Positions 12,276 through 25,500 of a DNA stretch of 64,000 nt are shown here, one piece after another (the stretch's first letter is position 1; each line of letters begins with the position of its first letter). Under the pieces are notes generated by a model. That model ran no database searches and had not been told where the DNA came from. It saw only the letters and a list, made by a program, of their open reading frames with translations. The position numbers and the translations under genes were made by a program. Source of the DNA: Iphione sp. A-MEVVRFRX5 (Eukaryota); NCBI GenBank assembly GCA_976226885.1, contig OZ320313.1:142848001-142912000 (forward strand), written 5' to 3'.

Positions 12276-14063
12276 TTAGCATCCTATATCCTTGGCTGTC
12301 ATCACTTGCTCTCCCTCCTCCTGGGGCATTGTCAGTCTCTGTAACTCTGACAGAGGAATTTCATCATCATCAGAGAAATCATAATCATCATCTGAAGCCT
12401 GAGGTGTGGGGGGTAGGATCTGGACATGCTTCCAGCATCTCTGGATGGTAGTGGGTGTCACACAGCCCAGGCCTCTTGTAACATGAGGATGGCCATCCTC
12501 AGGTCAGTTACAATGGGGGCATCATTTTCAATGCATCCCAGAAAATGCTTCACCAGCCTCCTCCAGTACTGTGCCTTAAAGGAGGTGATGATCCCAGCAT
12601 CCAGTGATTGAATATGGGAAGTGGTGTTGGGAGGCAAGAACTTGATGGATAGGTTGCTGAACATCTCTGTTGATTTGTGGGGCCAGCATTGTCGCAGAAC
12701 ACACCATATTGTCGACCCTGCAACTTGGCTCTCTCATTTAACATTTTGAGGTAGTCTACCCAGATCGTCCCCATCATCCACACTTTTGTATTGCGTCTAT
12801 AGTAGACATACAGAATCAAATCCCTTCGAGAAACACCGTGGTTGTGCAGACTTGCCAATAACCATTGGGCGGATCTTATCAGTGCCTGTGGCATTGCAAG
12901 CCAGCACATTGATGATATGATCCTTGGAGCATTTCTCGCCTTTCACTGGTTTTGTGTGACAAGTGTAGAGGTTGGCTTCAGCCTATAGAACAAACCCGTC
13001 TCATCGATATTATAAATATCTTCGGGGTCATATTCAGCCGAAGCCTCTTGCAGAGACGACCTCCCATCAGCTACCTCAATGAGATCTGCAGATGCCGACT
13101 TGCCATACTGACAGAACTTCTTGATGGAATTGGGAGCCTTGAACTGTCCTAGCCACCCCCAGACTGTAGCTAAATGTCTCCAGTCCAAGTTGTCCTCCCA
13201 GGGTCCGAGCTTTGCCGATCATCACCTCATCCCTGATGATAGCACCCCAGGTTCGGACATCATGGAACGACAATAGTAATGCATGTTCCAAGTTGGCTTG
13301 AGCTGGTGAAGGTGTGCGGCAGATGTTGCTCTCCTCCTCAGCCAAGGACAAGCAGTGGGCAGAACACTTCAAAATGTCTGAAATTGTTGATCTGGATATG
13401 GAGAAACCCCATTTTCCAGAGAATTTTGCGGCAAGCTTGCCTTGGAAACATTCAGTGTTAGCTGCCGGTAGGCACACAACTCATTCTTCTGCTGGTTGGT
13501 GATACAGATGGGTGATGGTTGAAACATTTTCCAGGCTCCAGCATTGAATGAATGAGGAATACCTTGGAGCGCCTCCTTTATAACCACTCTCGAGCCCAGG
13601 AGGACGCCCGCATGGAGACAACCAGCTCATGCAGACACGCACTGGATAGGACATCCTGGCTTAAAAATAAATAAATTCACACCCAAATAAACATCTGTGA
13701 ATGTTAATCTTTCACGTAGGCATCACAAGCCTTTGTTCATGATACCCTAGGTCCCAACAGTCATCCTGTGTTGTTTGACAAATTCATGAGTGACTGATGC
13801 TACAGGGGCGAGGGTATCACTCACACTCTCATGTTGCCTGACGCTGATGCCTGTTTGTCATCCAAACATGCCAGGAAGTCACAGTCCGGTTAACTGTCTA
13901 TTTTTATTAAAAATAATCTAAGAATGTTGTTAAATATACTCTGGATGACGTTGACGAATTCCAGTTACATAGTACAATTAATAGAGAAAATTAATTTGTT
14001 CTATTTCAGTCCGGTATGTGAAAAATTCCGATTATCGGGACTCCGGTAGACGAAGTGCCTCTG
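12276..14063 (-). mobile_element. Degenerate pogo/Tigger (Tc1-mariner) DNA transposon
   Basis: Frameshifted minus-strand pieces: CENP-B-type HTH (ISRSTISDILK...LEHALLL), DIYNIDETGLFY, FCDNA, FLPPNTTSHIQSLDAGII..FK..Y, and TIQRCWKH. A TA|CAGAGGCACTTCG terminus lies at 14063; the other end was not found. Confidence 0.88.
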
Positions 14064-14800
14064 TAGATGATTTCCAAGACTTTTCTTTTTACAGTCTCTG
14101 GGGATCTTTTGAACCTTCCCAGTCAGTTTTCTTCCTAGGATGCTCCATTAATTCTGGTATGATAATCACTGCTACTGTTGTTGTGGTGGCTAAAGTGTCT
14201 TCTCATATTGAATCTGTTCTCAGTCAACAGGTCAATACCTTACCAGAGCCTCTGTTTGTGTCAAGAATCACTTCAGGGCTTTGAAAGCCTGTAAGGTCTG
14301 GTCTGTATTTTATGCTGGACAGGTTCAATATCAGGTGGACATGATTATGTCTTTGTTGCAAAGGAGAATTTATGGTGGTGGTTTTCGCATCTAGCTTTGA
14401 TTTTGAAGCCCTTGGTTGTTCATGCATTTTCACATGAAATGAATACTGATGCTCCTGAGTATGGATGTGGTGTGTTCTTTGATGGTTCCTCTTTTAGCGG
14501 CAGGTGGAGGGTTGATGAGAGTTCTTTAACATTTAACCATAGTTAATTTCATGTTTTGTGTAAGTGTGTTACACCATCTTAAAAGATGGAATACTTTGTG
14601 CCTCTAGAAGGATTTGGAAGGAAGTGATGTCTTAGCTGGAATTGATACTCAGATCTTTTCTGCTCATTCAACCAGGTTTGCATTTTGATGGGTATGCCTT
14701 TGAAAGAAATTATGAGGAGGGGTATGCGGGCCTTGCTAATACTTTGAAGCTTTTCAACTTAAAGGATATTCAGCAATAGGCTGTTTATTCTACCTCAGAA

Positions 14801-14866
14801 CCTTATCCCTTTGAAGGAAAGGAAACCTTATCCCTTTGAAGGAAAGGAAACCTTATCCCTTTGAAG
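14801..14866. repeat. 25-bp tandem repeat, 2.6 copies
   Basis: ccttatccctttgaaggaaaggaaa repeated exactly. Confidence 0.9.
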
Positions 14867-15203
14867 TCTCAGACACCTTGTGCCTAACTGCCCACCTCTA
14901 CCCCCCTTTGAGTAGTTAGTTTCTGTTAGTCTCTCTTCTCGTCCTGTTGCTGTCTTTTAAAAGTGCCTATGCATATAACAGTTGACCGTGGTACCACTGG
15001 GACTATTCTCAGACACCTGTGTCTGCCTTCTATTACAAAGTCAAGACTACATTTCACTGGTAAGATCATTTAATCTTCTAATTTTATACATTTGATCTGT
15101 GAAAAGTACACTCAAGAGTTGGTGCACACCAAATCGACCTGGTATTTGGATTTATCAGTCTAGTGGACACTGTTCATGTGCAGATTCCTTCATTCGAAAA
15201 TAG

Positions 15204-15281
15204 ACATTCAGAATTTGAAAACAGCCAAAGGCTTGGCTCTCCAGGATATCCTCACAGAGGTTCACTTGTATGTGCATCGAA
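15204..15281 (+). CDS. RFC5: RFC5 exon
   Basis: (N)IQNLKTAKGLALQDILTEVHLYVHR; phase 1 matches the 9034 donor; |gtaagt donor. Confidence 0.96.
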
Positions 15282-15660
15282 GTAAGTATTCTTTCAGTAC
15301 ATTTGTATTAAGAAAATGTATGTCAATATGTGTACCAAATCTAGCAGGGGAGCCTTCAAACGGTTTTGTGTCTGCTGGCACCCACTGCTTCTACCTCCTA
15401 ACTATAAATCTTTTGAAATTTAGTGTATACACCCAATGGTCAAGCTTGGATATGTACGGATATGTACGCAAGTACTGTACTGTTCTCTCAGTGCTATATA
15501 TGCCGCATTGTTCAGAATCCAGTTGATTGGAAATGGCCGCAGGTATTTTTTCGTAACATTCAGGCCCTCTGACCAAACTTATGTGGAAAATGTGCTATTC
15601 TTAGATTCAGTTTGTCTCTTGTATTGTGCAAGTTTCAAGGAAAATGCGTTTCTTTTTCAG

Positions 15661-15715
15661 TTGATTTTCCCATACATGTGCGAACAGAGATCCTGGAGAA
15701 AATGGCCGACATTGA
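15661..15715 (+). CDS. RFC5: RFC5 exon
   Basis: (I)DFPIHVRTEILEKMADI(E); tttttcag| acceptor and |gtgagt donor. Confidence 0.96.
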
Positions 15716-16377
15716 GTGAGTGCCACGATTTTTTTCAGTCTTAGTACTCCCTGCCAGTTTCTTGATGCTCCGACCCAAGCTTGGCCAGTCTGGCCGCTTA
15801 GAGAGAGAGAGGCAAACAATTTTGAAAGAATTAATATATCTGGTAACTAATTGTTACAGATTGTATGAATGAAACTTAATGTATAGCTTATAAAGTTCTA
15901 TCGGCGATTTGGGGTTAGAATGAACAATTAAGCTCTTATAAAATAGTGCTTCAAGGCATTGCTCAGCCTAAGCCGGCTATAACTCCGCCCACTGTGAAAT
16001 GTCACAACCACTTACTTCCAGCATAGACATCCTGCAATCTGCCTAGGCTTTTGTAGTGCTGAAACATTCAAATTTGAGACCTTGCAATTCAGACAAATTT
16101 ACTGTGAATTATTGTTGATATATCTCCTTTATGCTGCTAAAAGGGATTAATTCGATCTATTATATTAAGACAGAGTTTTAACCTTTCCATTGACTCCAGT
16201 GTTAGAGAACTTTGTTTTTCTATGGTACAAATTCCCCGCCCTCTCTGAAATCTGCAATTTCATTGGCGAGTGGAACTGTCACGTCATAAAAAGTGATCGG
16301 TGAATTCTTGATCTTCAAGGATCATTGATGATGATTTTCACATGATAAGTTACAACATTTGTTTTATTTTCTAACAG

Positions 16378-16477
16378 ACACAGACTGGCCTCTGGAACAA
16401 GCGAGAAGATCCAACTCAGCTCCCTCATCGCAGTCTTCCAGTCAGCGCGAGATTTGGTTGTACAGGATGTCCAATAG
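16378..16477 (+). CDS. RFC5: RFC5 last coding exon
   Basis: HRLASGTSEKIQLSSLIAVFQSARDLVVQDVQ*; the exon sum of 961 nt keeps the frame to the TAG. Confidence 0.96.
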
Positions 16478-16784
16478 CATTACAGTGTGCATGTATCAGC
16501 ATAGATGGCCACTGCCACTTGTGTTTCTCGCATTTATATAACGCTAAAACGGCTTGTATGCAGGGACAGCGGGTGTAATGATAATCTGTAGGGTGGGTTG
16601 GAGACCGTGCTAATTGATGACATGCACTCAATAGATAAGGAAGACATGCAAAAAAACTTTTTTGTTATTTACTCTGTTTGGTCTCAAGTGTTAATTCCTG
16701 TTGTATACAACCAGCTCTCAAGTTTCCCAAAATATGAAATACAAAGGACGTCATCAGAATCTAATTTGTAAAACCTACTCTGTA

Positions 16785-16790
16785 AATAAA
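16785..16790 (+). terminator. Candidate RFC5 polyadenylation signal
   Basis: First AATAAA seen downstream of the RFC5 stop codon. Confidence 0.5.
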
Positions 16791-19700
16791 CTTCACATAT
16801 GCGGACGGTTTTGTATTATTATCTTGAAGAAAGAAGAATGCTATACTATTTAGATGCTTTATTCGGTGACTTCTCACTTTACATCAAACAACTCTAGACA
16901 AAAACCACTTAGGTAAGGCACTCCGTCTGGTAACATTCATCTGAACTGTAACGTGCCCCAAATGGCTTTACATCTGTTCTATTCTTGGTCTACGTGTACC
17001 AATATCACAAAATTGTTCGTACAAATATAGGGCTTTGTAATGGTGCCTGGTGGTTGTCCTGAGCGAACTAAGACAATCCGTAAGGCTCTTTTATCACAAT
17101 TAGGGGAGGGGGGGTACGACAGCATATGCATGTTTACATTTAGAAAGACGATGAAGAGAACAATAACAGACAACACTTACAACTTCAGTTAACAAACAAT
17201 TTAAATGAACTGAGTTCTGTGTAGAATTTTATGTACATTTCCATAAAAACAAAAACCTGCGAAAAGATCCACTTTCTCGTGTTCATGGATACTGATTAGC
17301 TTAACTCTTGATTAAAGGGCAAGTTTAAAACTCAACCTTTTCGCTGTAAACAATTCACAAATGCTGGGCAGATTTCAAAGTATTGTTTGGGTAAAAATAA
17401 ATGTACTTGAAGAACTGCTTTAGGAACGTTTGTAGGTACGGTTTGTAATTCAGTTGTTTCATCAGATGTGCCTAAGTATACCCATTCTGACGAAAAACGC
17501 GTGTGTAAGTCATTTCATAATGCCCAATACCACTAGTGACACACCAAGTCTTTGGGCTTTACCTTTAACGTTATGTACATGTACCGAATCAAGCACCATG
17601 CTTGTGAGGCAATATGTGCACAAAACCGTGAACAAACCCTTTACAAGAATCCCTTTCTACACGTGAAGCAAACCATGCAGGCATTGTCGAGATTAAATCT
17701 GATATGCGGAAAGGAATCGCGGTTTCTCATATCTATAGGAAATTCCCCAAGCAGAACATTTCACATATATTTAGGCGTGGAGTTATACATGCGTACTTAG
17801 TGAAGTTACTACACAATTCGTATCATAGCTAAATCATTACCATCCGCACACGCGTCAGCTGTATCCCCTGCCACAAGTCTGTGTGGCATTGAGACTACAG
17901 TGTAGACAAAAAGCAAGTGGGTACTTTTATCATTTTTGCCCAAAGTCTTAAAAACAGTCTTGGTGCAGTCGGTGGTCCCAGGCCACAGCACTCCAGACTG
18001 GCCCCCGTATATATATGCGTCATCAGTCTGATGTCTATGTCGGCACTAACACGTCCCACCGGCTGGCGAGACCAACAACTGCATGGTGCCCCCTTCCCCC
18101 GCATATGAGGTGGGAGGGCGAGACGAAGCCTGCCTAGTACGAGCATCAACGGCGCTCGTCTTTGTAAGTCGGCATGCCGGTACATATTCACTCCTTTTGT
18201 TCAACTTCACGCACAATAAGAAAGGCTTCGCCACCACTTAAAAAGATCACAATTTGTTGCGGAGGTACATGGCCACACCCGTGTGCAACATGGAATGCGT
18301 GTTGTTCTTTGTAGTAAGGATCCTGAGTTCGGCTACAATCTTCAGCATGTTAACTCCACGCGCATTATGCGACCATCTATATATCCGCGCTGGATAAGAT
18401 GTTGTATTTCAGAATATAGAACTATGATGTACATGTTCTTGTATGTTTATATAATGTTTCGATCAAAGGTGCTGACACTGGCACTGCTGTACCTCATTCC
18501 TATTTGAAACACCACACGTGATTTGAATGTAGCTTTCTAGGTGAGATGATGGGAGGCAAGTAGGCTAAAGAACAGATGAACGCCAAAGAAAAGGTCGAAG
18601 CTTACATAGGCATGGCTCGAATACAAATTAAATGCATTTCTGGGAGTTAAGCACTCCAAAGTTTACACTATTACAAAGATAACTAAAGAGGTTGTGTATA
18701 TATATGGTAAAACGTAAGTTAATGTCACATTTACAACAAATAAGCCCAATTCATGGCAAGTAATATCCACAGTGATATCAACGATTACCTTAAATACTTC
18801 ACGATGCGTTTCAGTTGGCAAGTGTGAAGGAATCCCCTCAACGACAAAGAAGTTCCAACTTATGAGCATGCAATGACTGCAGCAAAACTGGCAAGACATG
18901 TCTCATCACATCACTGATATTGAATGTGTACCTTCAAAATGGATTCAGCGTTACAAGTTGTGTCGTAAACTTTAACAAACCAGACCAGTTACTGTTTAAT
19001 AAACATGAAAGCGTACGCAGCATTCTCCGGCTGTAGCAATTGTTTGGTCTGACTCTAGAATGAGAATGTGACAGCAATGTGATATATACAGATAAAACAT
19101 CTAGATATATTTGTATTCATGTACAGTCTACATGCGCCTAAATTTCGCCTTATCAGTAACAGTTCTCAACATGAAAAACGAATTGGCATATACGAAATCA
19201 GGAGGTCCTAACCTACTTAATGATTACGTCGGAGAGGACCTGTCCACAAATTTCACAGCATGAATAAACATCCAAATCGTCTGCGTATGTATGCGTTTGT
19301 GTGTTTGCACGGGTGCACTGCTTGGTCATTCGTAGTGTGCTTCAAATATACCATAGATTAAATCCTTTCATATTCAGAGAAAGATATAATTGAAAACCGA
19401 TTTGGAAAGACTAAATGCACAACAAATTAAAAACCTGAAACAAAAATGAGACTGCCTTGTTATCACCGTGCAAATCAAATCATTTAAGAGTCACACAGGA
19501 TGATCTTTCGTACAGAATTGTAACTGCATATAAGATGTCGCGGCACTTTCCCAGAAATACTCATGCAAGACATAAACATGTAAGTTACATTACAAATGAG
19601 CACAGTGTTCAATTCTCGAGAAACTAATCTCATCCAACGGACCTCAACCCTTGGCAACCCAAAAAGTTATAATCTTCCTGCTGTTTCTCCCTATGGAGCT

Positions 19701-21675
19701 GGTTATTACGGTCAAAGAGGAAGAGGGTCGAGCCAAGAGGCATAGGCTATTTATTAGCTGCCATATGAGGTCGTCTCCAAATTAGACCAGTTCCGACAAG
19801 AACGATTCAAATCTCAGCTCAACCCGTCAAATACTAAACAAGTGAACAACAAACTACCTCTGTTCTGATAAGTTATAGGAGGAGCTAATTTAGGTCCTGC
19901 TTAAAGACAATCCTTCTCACAGCTACACTTATAGTCACAACTGAATGCTCATCTGTTACTACAGAGGGGAGCGCGGCGGCAAAGTCGTTGTCTTTTCGCC
20001 TTTACACCAAATGTGTACGTGCTCCCTATTCATGAAAAAAACAACAATGTTCTTATGCATTACATGAACCTTGTGCTCCACGAATGGACGACACGCAGCC
20101 TACATGAACTTAGCTCAAAGGTCATGATGTGGATTTCAAGTGTGACAATCTGTCCGACTGAATGTAAGCCTATGTTTCGGGTCGTAGTAATCAGCAAATT
20201 TTGTCTGTCCGTCTGTAAAAGCTACTGGAGATAATGATCCGATATAACGGATATAAAGACACCTTCGACGGAGAGTTACGATATTCTATTGGATTGTAAC
20301 ACCATTAACATAGCTTCTCTACAGAATTCGGCAAGGAGTAAACGGCTCCGAGGTAAATGTTATAAAGTACTTTGTCAGCGAGCCTCCTAGTCGGCCGAGT
20401 CCAACTGTTTAAGGATGTCAATCACAGTAGCATTCGGAAGGAAATGCAAGCCCTCACTTTACTGTTGTAAGTTCCTTGCGTATGCAAATATTGCACTGAC
20501 TGGTACGTTACCAGTAAACTGTTTTCCATCAAGAGTAAATTTCTGAGGCCAACCCTACATATAGGTAACCGGGGTGTCAGGTAAAAAAATATAGGCAGAC
20601 AGGCCTTGCCCTGTCCACAAAAGTATCCATTCTGGCATCAGTTTGAATAACGTTTTCAAGTAGATCGTATGTAAATGGTCAAAGATACCGCCACAAATTG
20701 ATGTGAGGTTAACTATGTACACACACATATACGTGGACTCGGTATTCTCCTCAGTATCCTCTATATCAAGCAAAGCATGGTGTGGTCCTGGATAGGAGTA
20801 ACTTGAAGACAGTACACTATCTCTGTGAACGGAGACCACAGCTAGTTGTACTCCAGTCTGGTCGCAATGTAGACGTATTCTTTCCTTTACAAATGGATTT
20901 TCTCCGGAATTTGACCAGCTCCTAATTAAGAGGGTCCTTTCATCGGCGAGTGCATTATACGTAATAAAACATGATGGCACTTGCAGCAATTATCACTGCT
21001 GCATGTCACTTAGATTAGGTAAAATATTTAAAAGTAAAACAACAGTGAATAGTAATATTCCGTTGAAGACCTAGTACATTTACATGTACTGACATTTTCA
21101 ACATACCCATAATTTCTTTCAATACTTTTCCCTCTAAAAATGAGCATAACTGGAATAAGAACTCTGATAAAAATCTTAAACCGGTCTGTAAAATGAGAAA
21201 GAGGATACAAGATGCATGGCTGGACTAGGCTGATACATGCGTTCCCTAATGAATATCAACACTTCCTTGTCAGCGTAGCCTTGTGAAGATGACATTCTCT
21301 AACTCATGTTTGCTAACGTATGTCTCCCCCACTGAATAATATTATTTACGTTTCAGCGTAGCCCCGTCAAACGCATGTTTTCCGATCCATTATATATCAC
21401 TTGGGTGGGTTGTTGCATAATAGCAGCCACCTGGTCAGTATGGCTGTCAGGTTGGACAGACAGGCGGGTGGATATGAGGCCAACACAATAGATGGTCAAG
21501 GTGCACTGGGATCAGCGCGCAGACTTGGCAGAAGATTTCATGGGCTGGACCAGCTAACAGATGTAGTCTGGATTCTAGCCAGGGGGAAAGCCCTGGTATC
21601 AGATCCAGTTGATTCTGTATACGGGGGTGGGGGTCAAGGCAAACCGGGAAGCACGGTGTGAAGATGGGACACCAA

Positions 21676-21848
21676 TTACGCACGGAAAGTGTGGACGACC
21701 CGTACGACATACTGGCGGCAGATGGGGCATTCAGACAGTTTGCGGCCACACTTGGTACAGGTGAGCATGTGGCCACACTCGAGCAGCACACAGTCGACGA
21801 CAGCATCCATGCACACCTTGCATAGGTCCGTCTCCGTGCCATCGTAAC
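21676..21848 (-). CDS. RNF34: RNF34/RFFL-like E3 ligase, last exon (C3HC4 RING)
   Basis: [56 protein letters not shown]; ttttcatcttag| acceptor. Confidence 0.95.
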
Positions 21849-22539
21849 CTAAGATGAAAAGTGGATGTTACAGACACAGCCTGGAAAAGTGCATAAAACT
21901 AATCAAATACGAACATGATCACAACAAGAATCAGCATTGACAATGCCTTACTACGATAAAACAGCATCGGTAAGGTTCATAAGGATAGAGATAGGGATAA
22001 GGATAGAGATAAGTGAGTAGGAAAAAACCTGCAGGCTTATGGAGTGTAGGATACTACATGGATACAACATAGGCAGGTTACTAAGCACGGTAGACTTCTG
22101 AGATAGCCTGTCGAGTACACTAATTAGAAGGTTAAAACTTACATAGCCTGATTTACATTTTGGCTGGTGCCTTTACGAGAATATGGCTAATAGTCAAGTG
22201 CTACTAGTATGAACAACCTGTGGCTGATATTACAGTGTTTATACCGAAAGAATACTCAATGTCAGAGGGCCTTGGATTGCTTGGTCCAAAGGGAAGTGTT
22301 AGTAGTATGGGTGAGGGGGGTTCATCACAGAGATTGGAGCTTAGACAAGGATGATGGAAGGCTGTCGGTTGGAGATCTGGAGGTGGGAATACAGCAAAGG
22401 TGACATCATAGTATGACATAGGAGTAATTCGGGGGGGATGTTGCTGGGATGGGGAGGGAACTGTGAGTGATCATGCATGCAGTGGATGAGTAGTACCCAC
22501 AAAGTGGCGGCTGAGTAGTACCCACTCAGTAGAGACTTG

Positions 22540-25500
22540 GCTATGCCACTTGGTTTCTTATTTTTTCATCCAAGGGGCTACCAGTTTAAAAACTGCTTCA
22601 GACCCTTAACGCTCATGGAGCATTTGGTAGGGTCTTTTAGTGAGTTCCAAGATTTGGAGCCAACATACCAGATGGAATGTTCGTACAGTGCCTGCTTGGG
22701 CCTTTTCACCCTGACTACATTGACAGAGTTTCTCCTGGTTTTTCTAGGACCATTGGCAATGTCACACTGGCCTATCAGAAAGAGGCAATGCATCAGGAGC
22801 ACCAGTTGCCTGTGGGCCCTAGTATTGACTGGTTGTATATCAGCTAATCTGCGAAGCCTAGAGCTAGAGATTCAAGTCAGGGTTCCCAGCATTTCAAGAA
22901 AACAAAATTCCCTGATATTTCCCTGATTTTTCCCTGATGAAGTCTCAAAATTCCATGATAATTACTTCAACTCATTTCTAGTTTCACGTTTTCTATATTG
23001 TAATGTAAAACAAATTTGTACAATTACACAGGCATATAATGGCCTCCCTTCTCCCCTTACAGCAATCCTTTCCTCACCTTATACAGACAGAGATTGATTC
23101 AAGGTAATTCAAGTACACATCATTGAATCACAGCACACTATGTTAAAGGTGCCAATTTCAATACTGGATTATATTGGAATGTGCAGACATGAAGATCAAT
23201 ATGTTATAGATGGTTTAATCAGCACAACTGTACTTACAATGATACAAAAATTGCTTAAGTTTCTTGGCATTTAGAACCATTTTTAATACATAAAATTTTG
23301 AATGGAAAATAATGAGGATATCAGCAAAATTCTGCATATAGACATATTGTTTTACGGTACATCGTGATATCACAAGCCTATCTCAAATTTGAAAATGATG
23401 GCTGCAATGCTTCCTAGGATTAAACTGAATCACCCTCTGTTATGGAATAGCCTGTGTGAGCAGTATGTCCAAACTATATTGAAACTCTAACTCATAATCC
23501 TCAAACTTGAACAAGTAAAAGGGAATAGATGAGTTTTCAAATGATATTTAAATAAAAGATAACTGAAAAGCGAAAAAACTATTTAGTGTCAAAGTTGAAT
23601 TGCAGAACTTTTTTGAGGCATTTATATTTAATAAAGCCCAGATTGATTGGAACTCTGTAAATATTGATAGTTGCAGCTTTGGATATGTACATAATTTTAT
23701 TCCACTCAGGGATTTGGGCAGTCTTCTCCTGAAACACCAAGACTTCAGTTTGGGCATAGAGTTCAAGGTAGTATGTCTATGGTCTGGGCCACAATCTACA
23801 ATTCCCCATCATGGTGTGTAAGGAGAAGCAGCTCTGGAGGCAAAGGGCACTACTCCCTTTTGGTATTTTAGTGTACACAATCATGTTTCAAGTTAAAGGC
23901 CTTATTTAGATGAGGCACTTCAGCTACTTGTACTACAGTCAAAGAGGCTACACTAAAAAAAAATCACCGTAGCCAGTCATCCAATGGATGTTGTTTTGAT
24001 GTACAATAGAATATAAGTCTGACTGACCACTTTCGACTTTTGGGTCAATCAAATTCCCTGATTTTTCCCTGATTTGAAGCATTTTTATCACATTCCCTGA
24101 TTTTTCCCTGACTGGAAAAAAGTAAAATAATTTTCCCTGATTTCCCTGATTTCCCTGATGGGCTGGGAACCCTGCAAGTTATGGTTGTCCCAACTAGCGT
24201 CCACTTCAGAGCTCTGTTAATCTCTATTTGAAGATGATCCAGGCCGGCCTTGCTCGTGTTTGACACAAAGACCAGACCATAATCAAGTCTGGGGAGAATG
24301 AAGGCTTTGAAGACCTTGATCCAGTCTTCAAAGGGGATATGCTTGATCACCTTTGACAGTGTATATGACCTTGTCCTCATTCCTGCTGACATTTTGGATA
24401 TCATGGGTTTCCAGGACAGCTTACAGTCTAAGGTATACCTAAGGAAGTTACAACTCTCTGTTCTTGCTATTGGTTGTTTCCCCATCTGATGATCCAGGCT
24501 GTACTCAGCAGCTCAACAGAAACCCATGTAAAGAGTCTTTTTACTATTCAGGCTTAGGCCATGTACTCCCGCCCATTCAAAAATGTCCTTCACTCCTCTT
24601 TGAAGTTTCAATCGGAGGGCCAGGGCATTGGCTGCATCAGCATATATGGTTACATCATTGGCATAGACAATAAAGTTGGTGATTGCTAGCACGGAAGGAA
24701 GTTAATTTATCACAAGTGCGAAGAAAGGGGGGCTGAGGAGGCACCCCTGGGGGGGGCCCCCTGATTAACTGGACATATTGATGATCTATGGTTGTTACAT
24801 GCAACAAATTGACTTCTGTTGCGCAGGTAAGACATCACCCAGGCTAAGCCAGTTGCCCCTAGGCCTGTCTTCTCTAGGCAAGAGATGACTAGACAATGAT
24901 TAATCACATCGAATGCTTTCAACATATCCAAAAAAACTGCACCCACATATTTGCCCTCATCATTGGCGCTGTAGACGTCTCAGGAAGGTTGAGACCACTG
25001 TGGCAGTACCCCTCTGTTTGCGGAAGCCATGTTGAGATTGAGTGAAGAAGTCAGTAGCTTCGAGATGGGCTGTAATCTGCACATGCATCAGCTTCTCAAC
25101 TATTTTCCCAATTAAGTGAAGAATTGTGATCGGCCTGTAGTTCGATTTGTCTGATTTTGATCCCTTTTGATGCAATGGCCGGATTCTTGTACATTTTCAT
25201 TCTTTGGGGAATTCCCCATTCAAAAACATCTGATTGATTATACCTACCAGGGGTTCCACAGCAATTGATAGAGCATCTTTTAAAACTAAGGTGGGTATCC
25301 CCTCCATTCCACTTGGCTTACGTATGTTTATTTGCTTGATTACTTTGTGGAGGGTGCTGTGGGTCACTGGGTTAAGGTCCCACATTGGCAGTACCTCCAC
25401 TGTGCTGGTTACAACATTTTTAGAGATCATCTCAGCCTGGCTGATGAAGTGATCATTTAGAATATCTGGCACTGCTGTCTGTTTGATCCCATTGTCACCA

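Larger units (their letters stand above)
9035..15203 (+). other. RFC5: U12-type (minor spliceosome) GT-AG intron of RFC5, 6169 nt
   Basis: 5' splice site GTATCCTTCC. Branch-point-like TTCCTTCAT at 15185-15193 sits about 11 nt from the 3' AG, and there is no polypyrimidine tract. Confidence 0.85.

Noticed and set aside
15181-15183. Alternative U2-type acceptor (cag) for the RFC5 long intron
   Set aside because: Its use gives an in-frame TAG within 7 codons; the AG at 15202-15203 restores the conserved protein.
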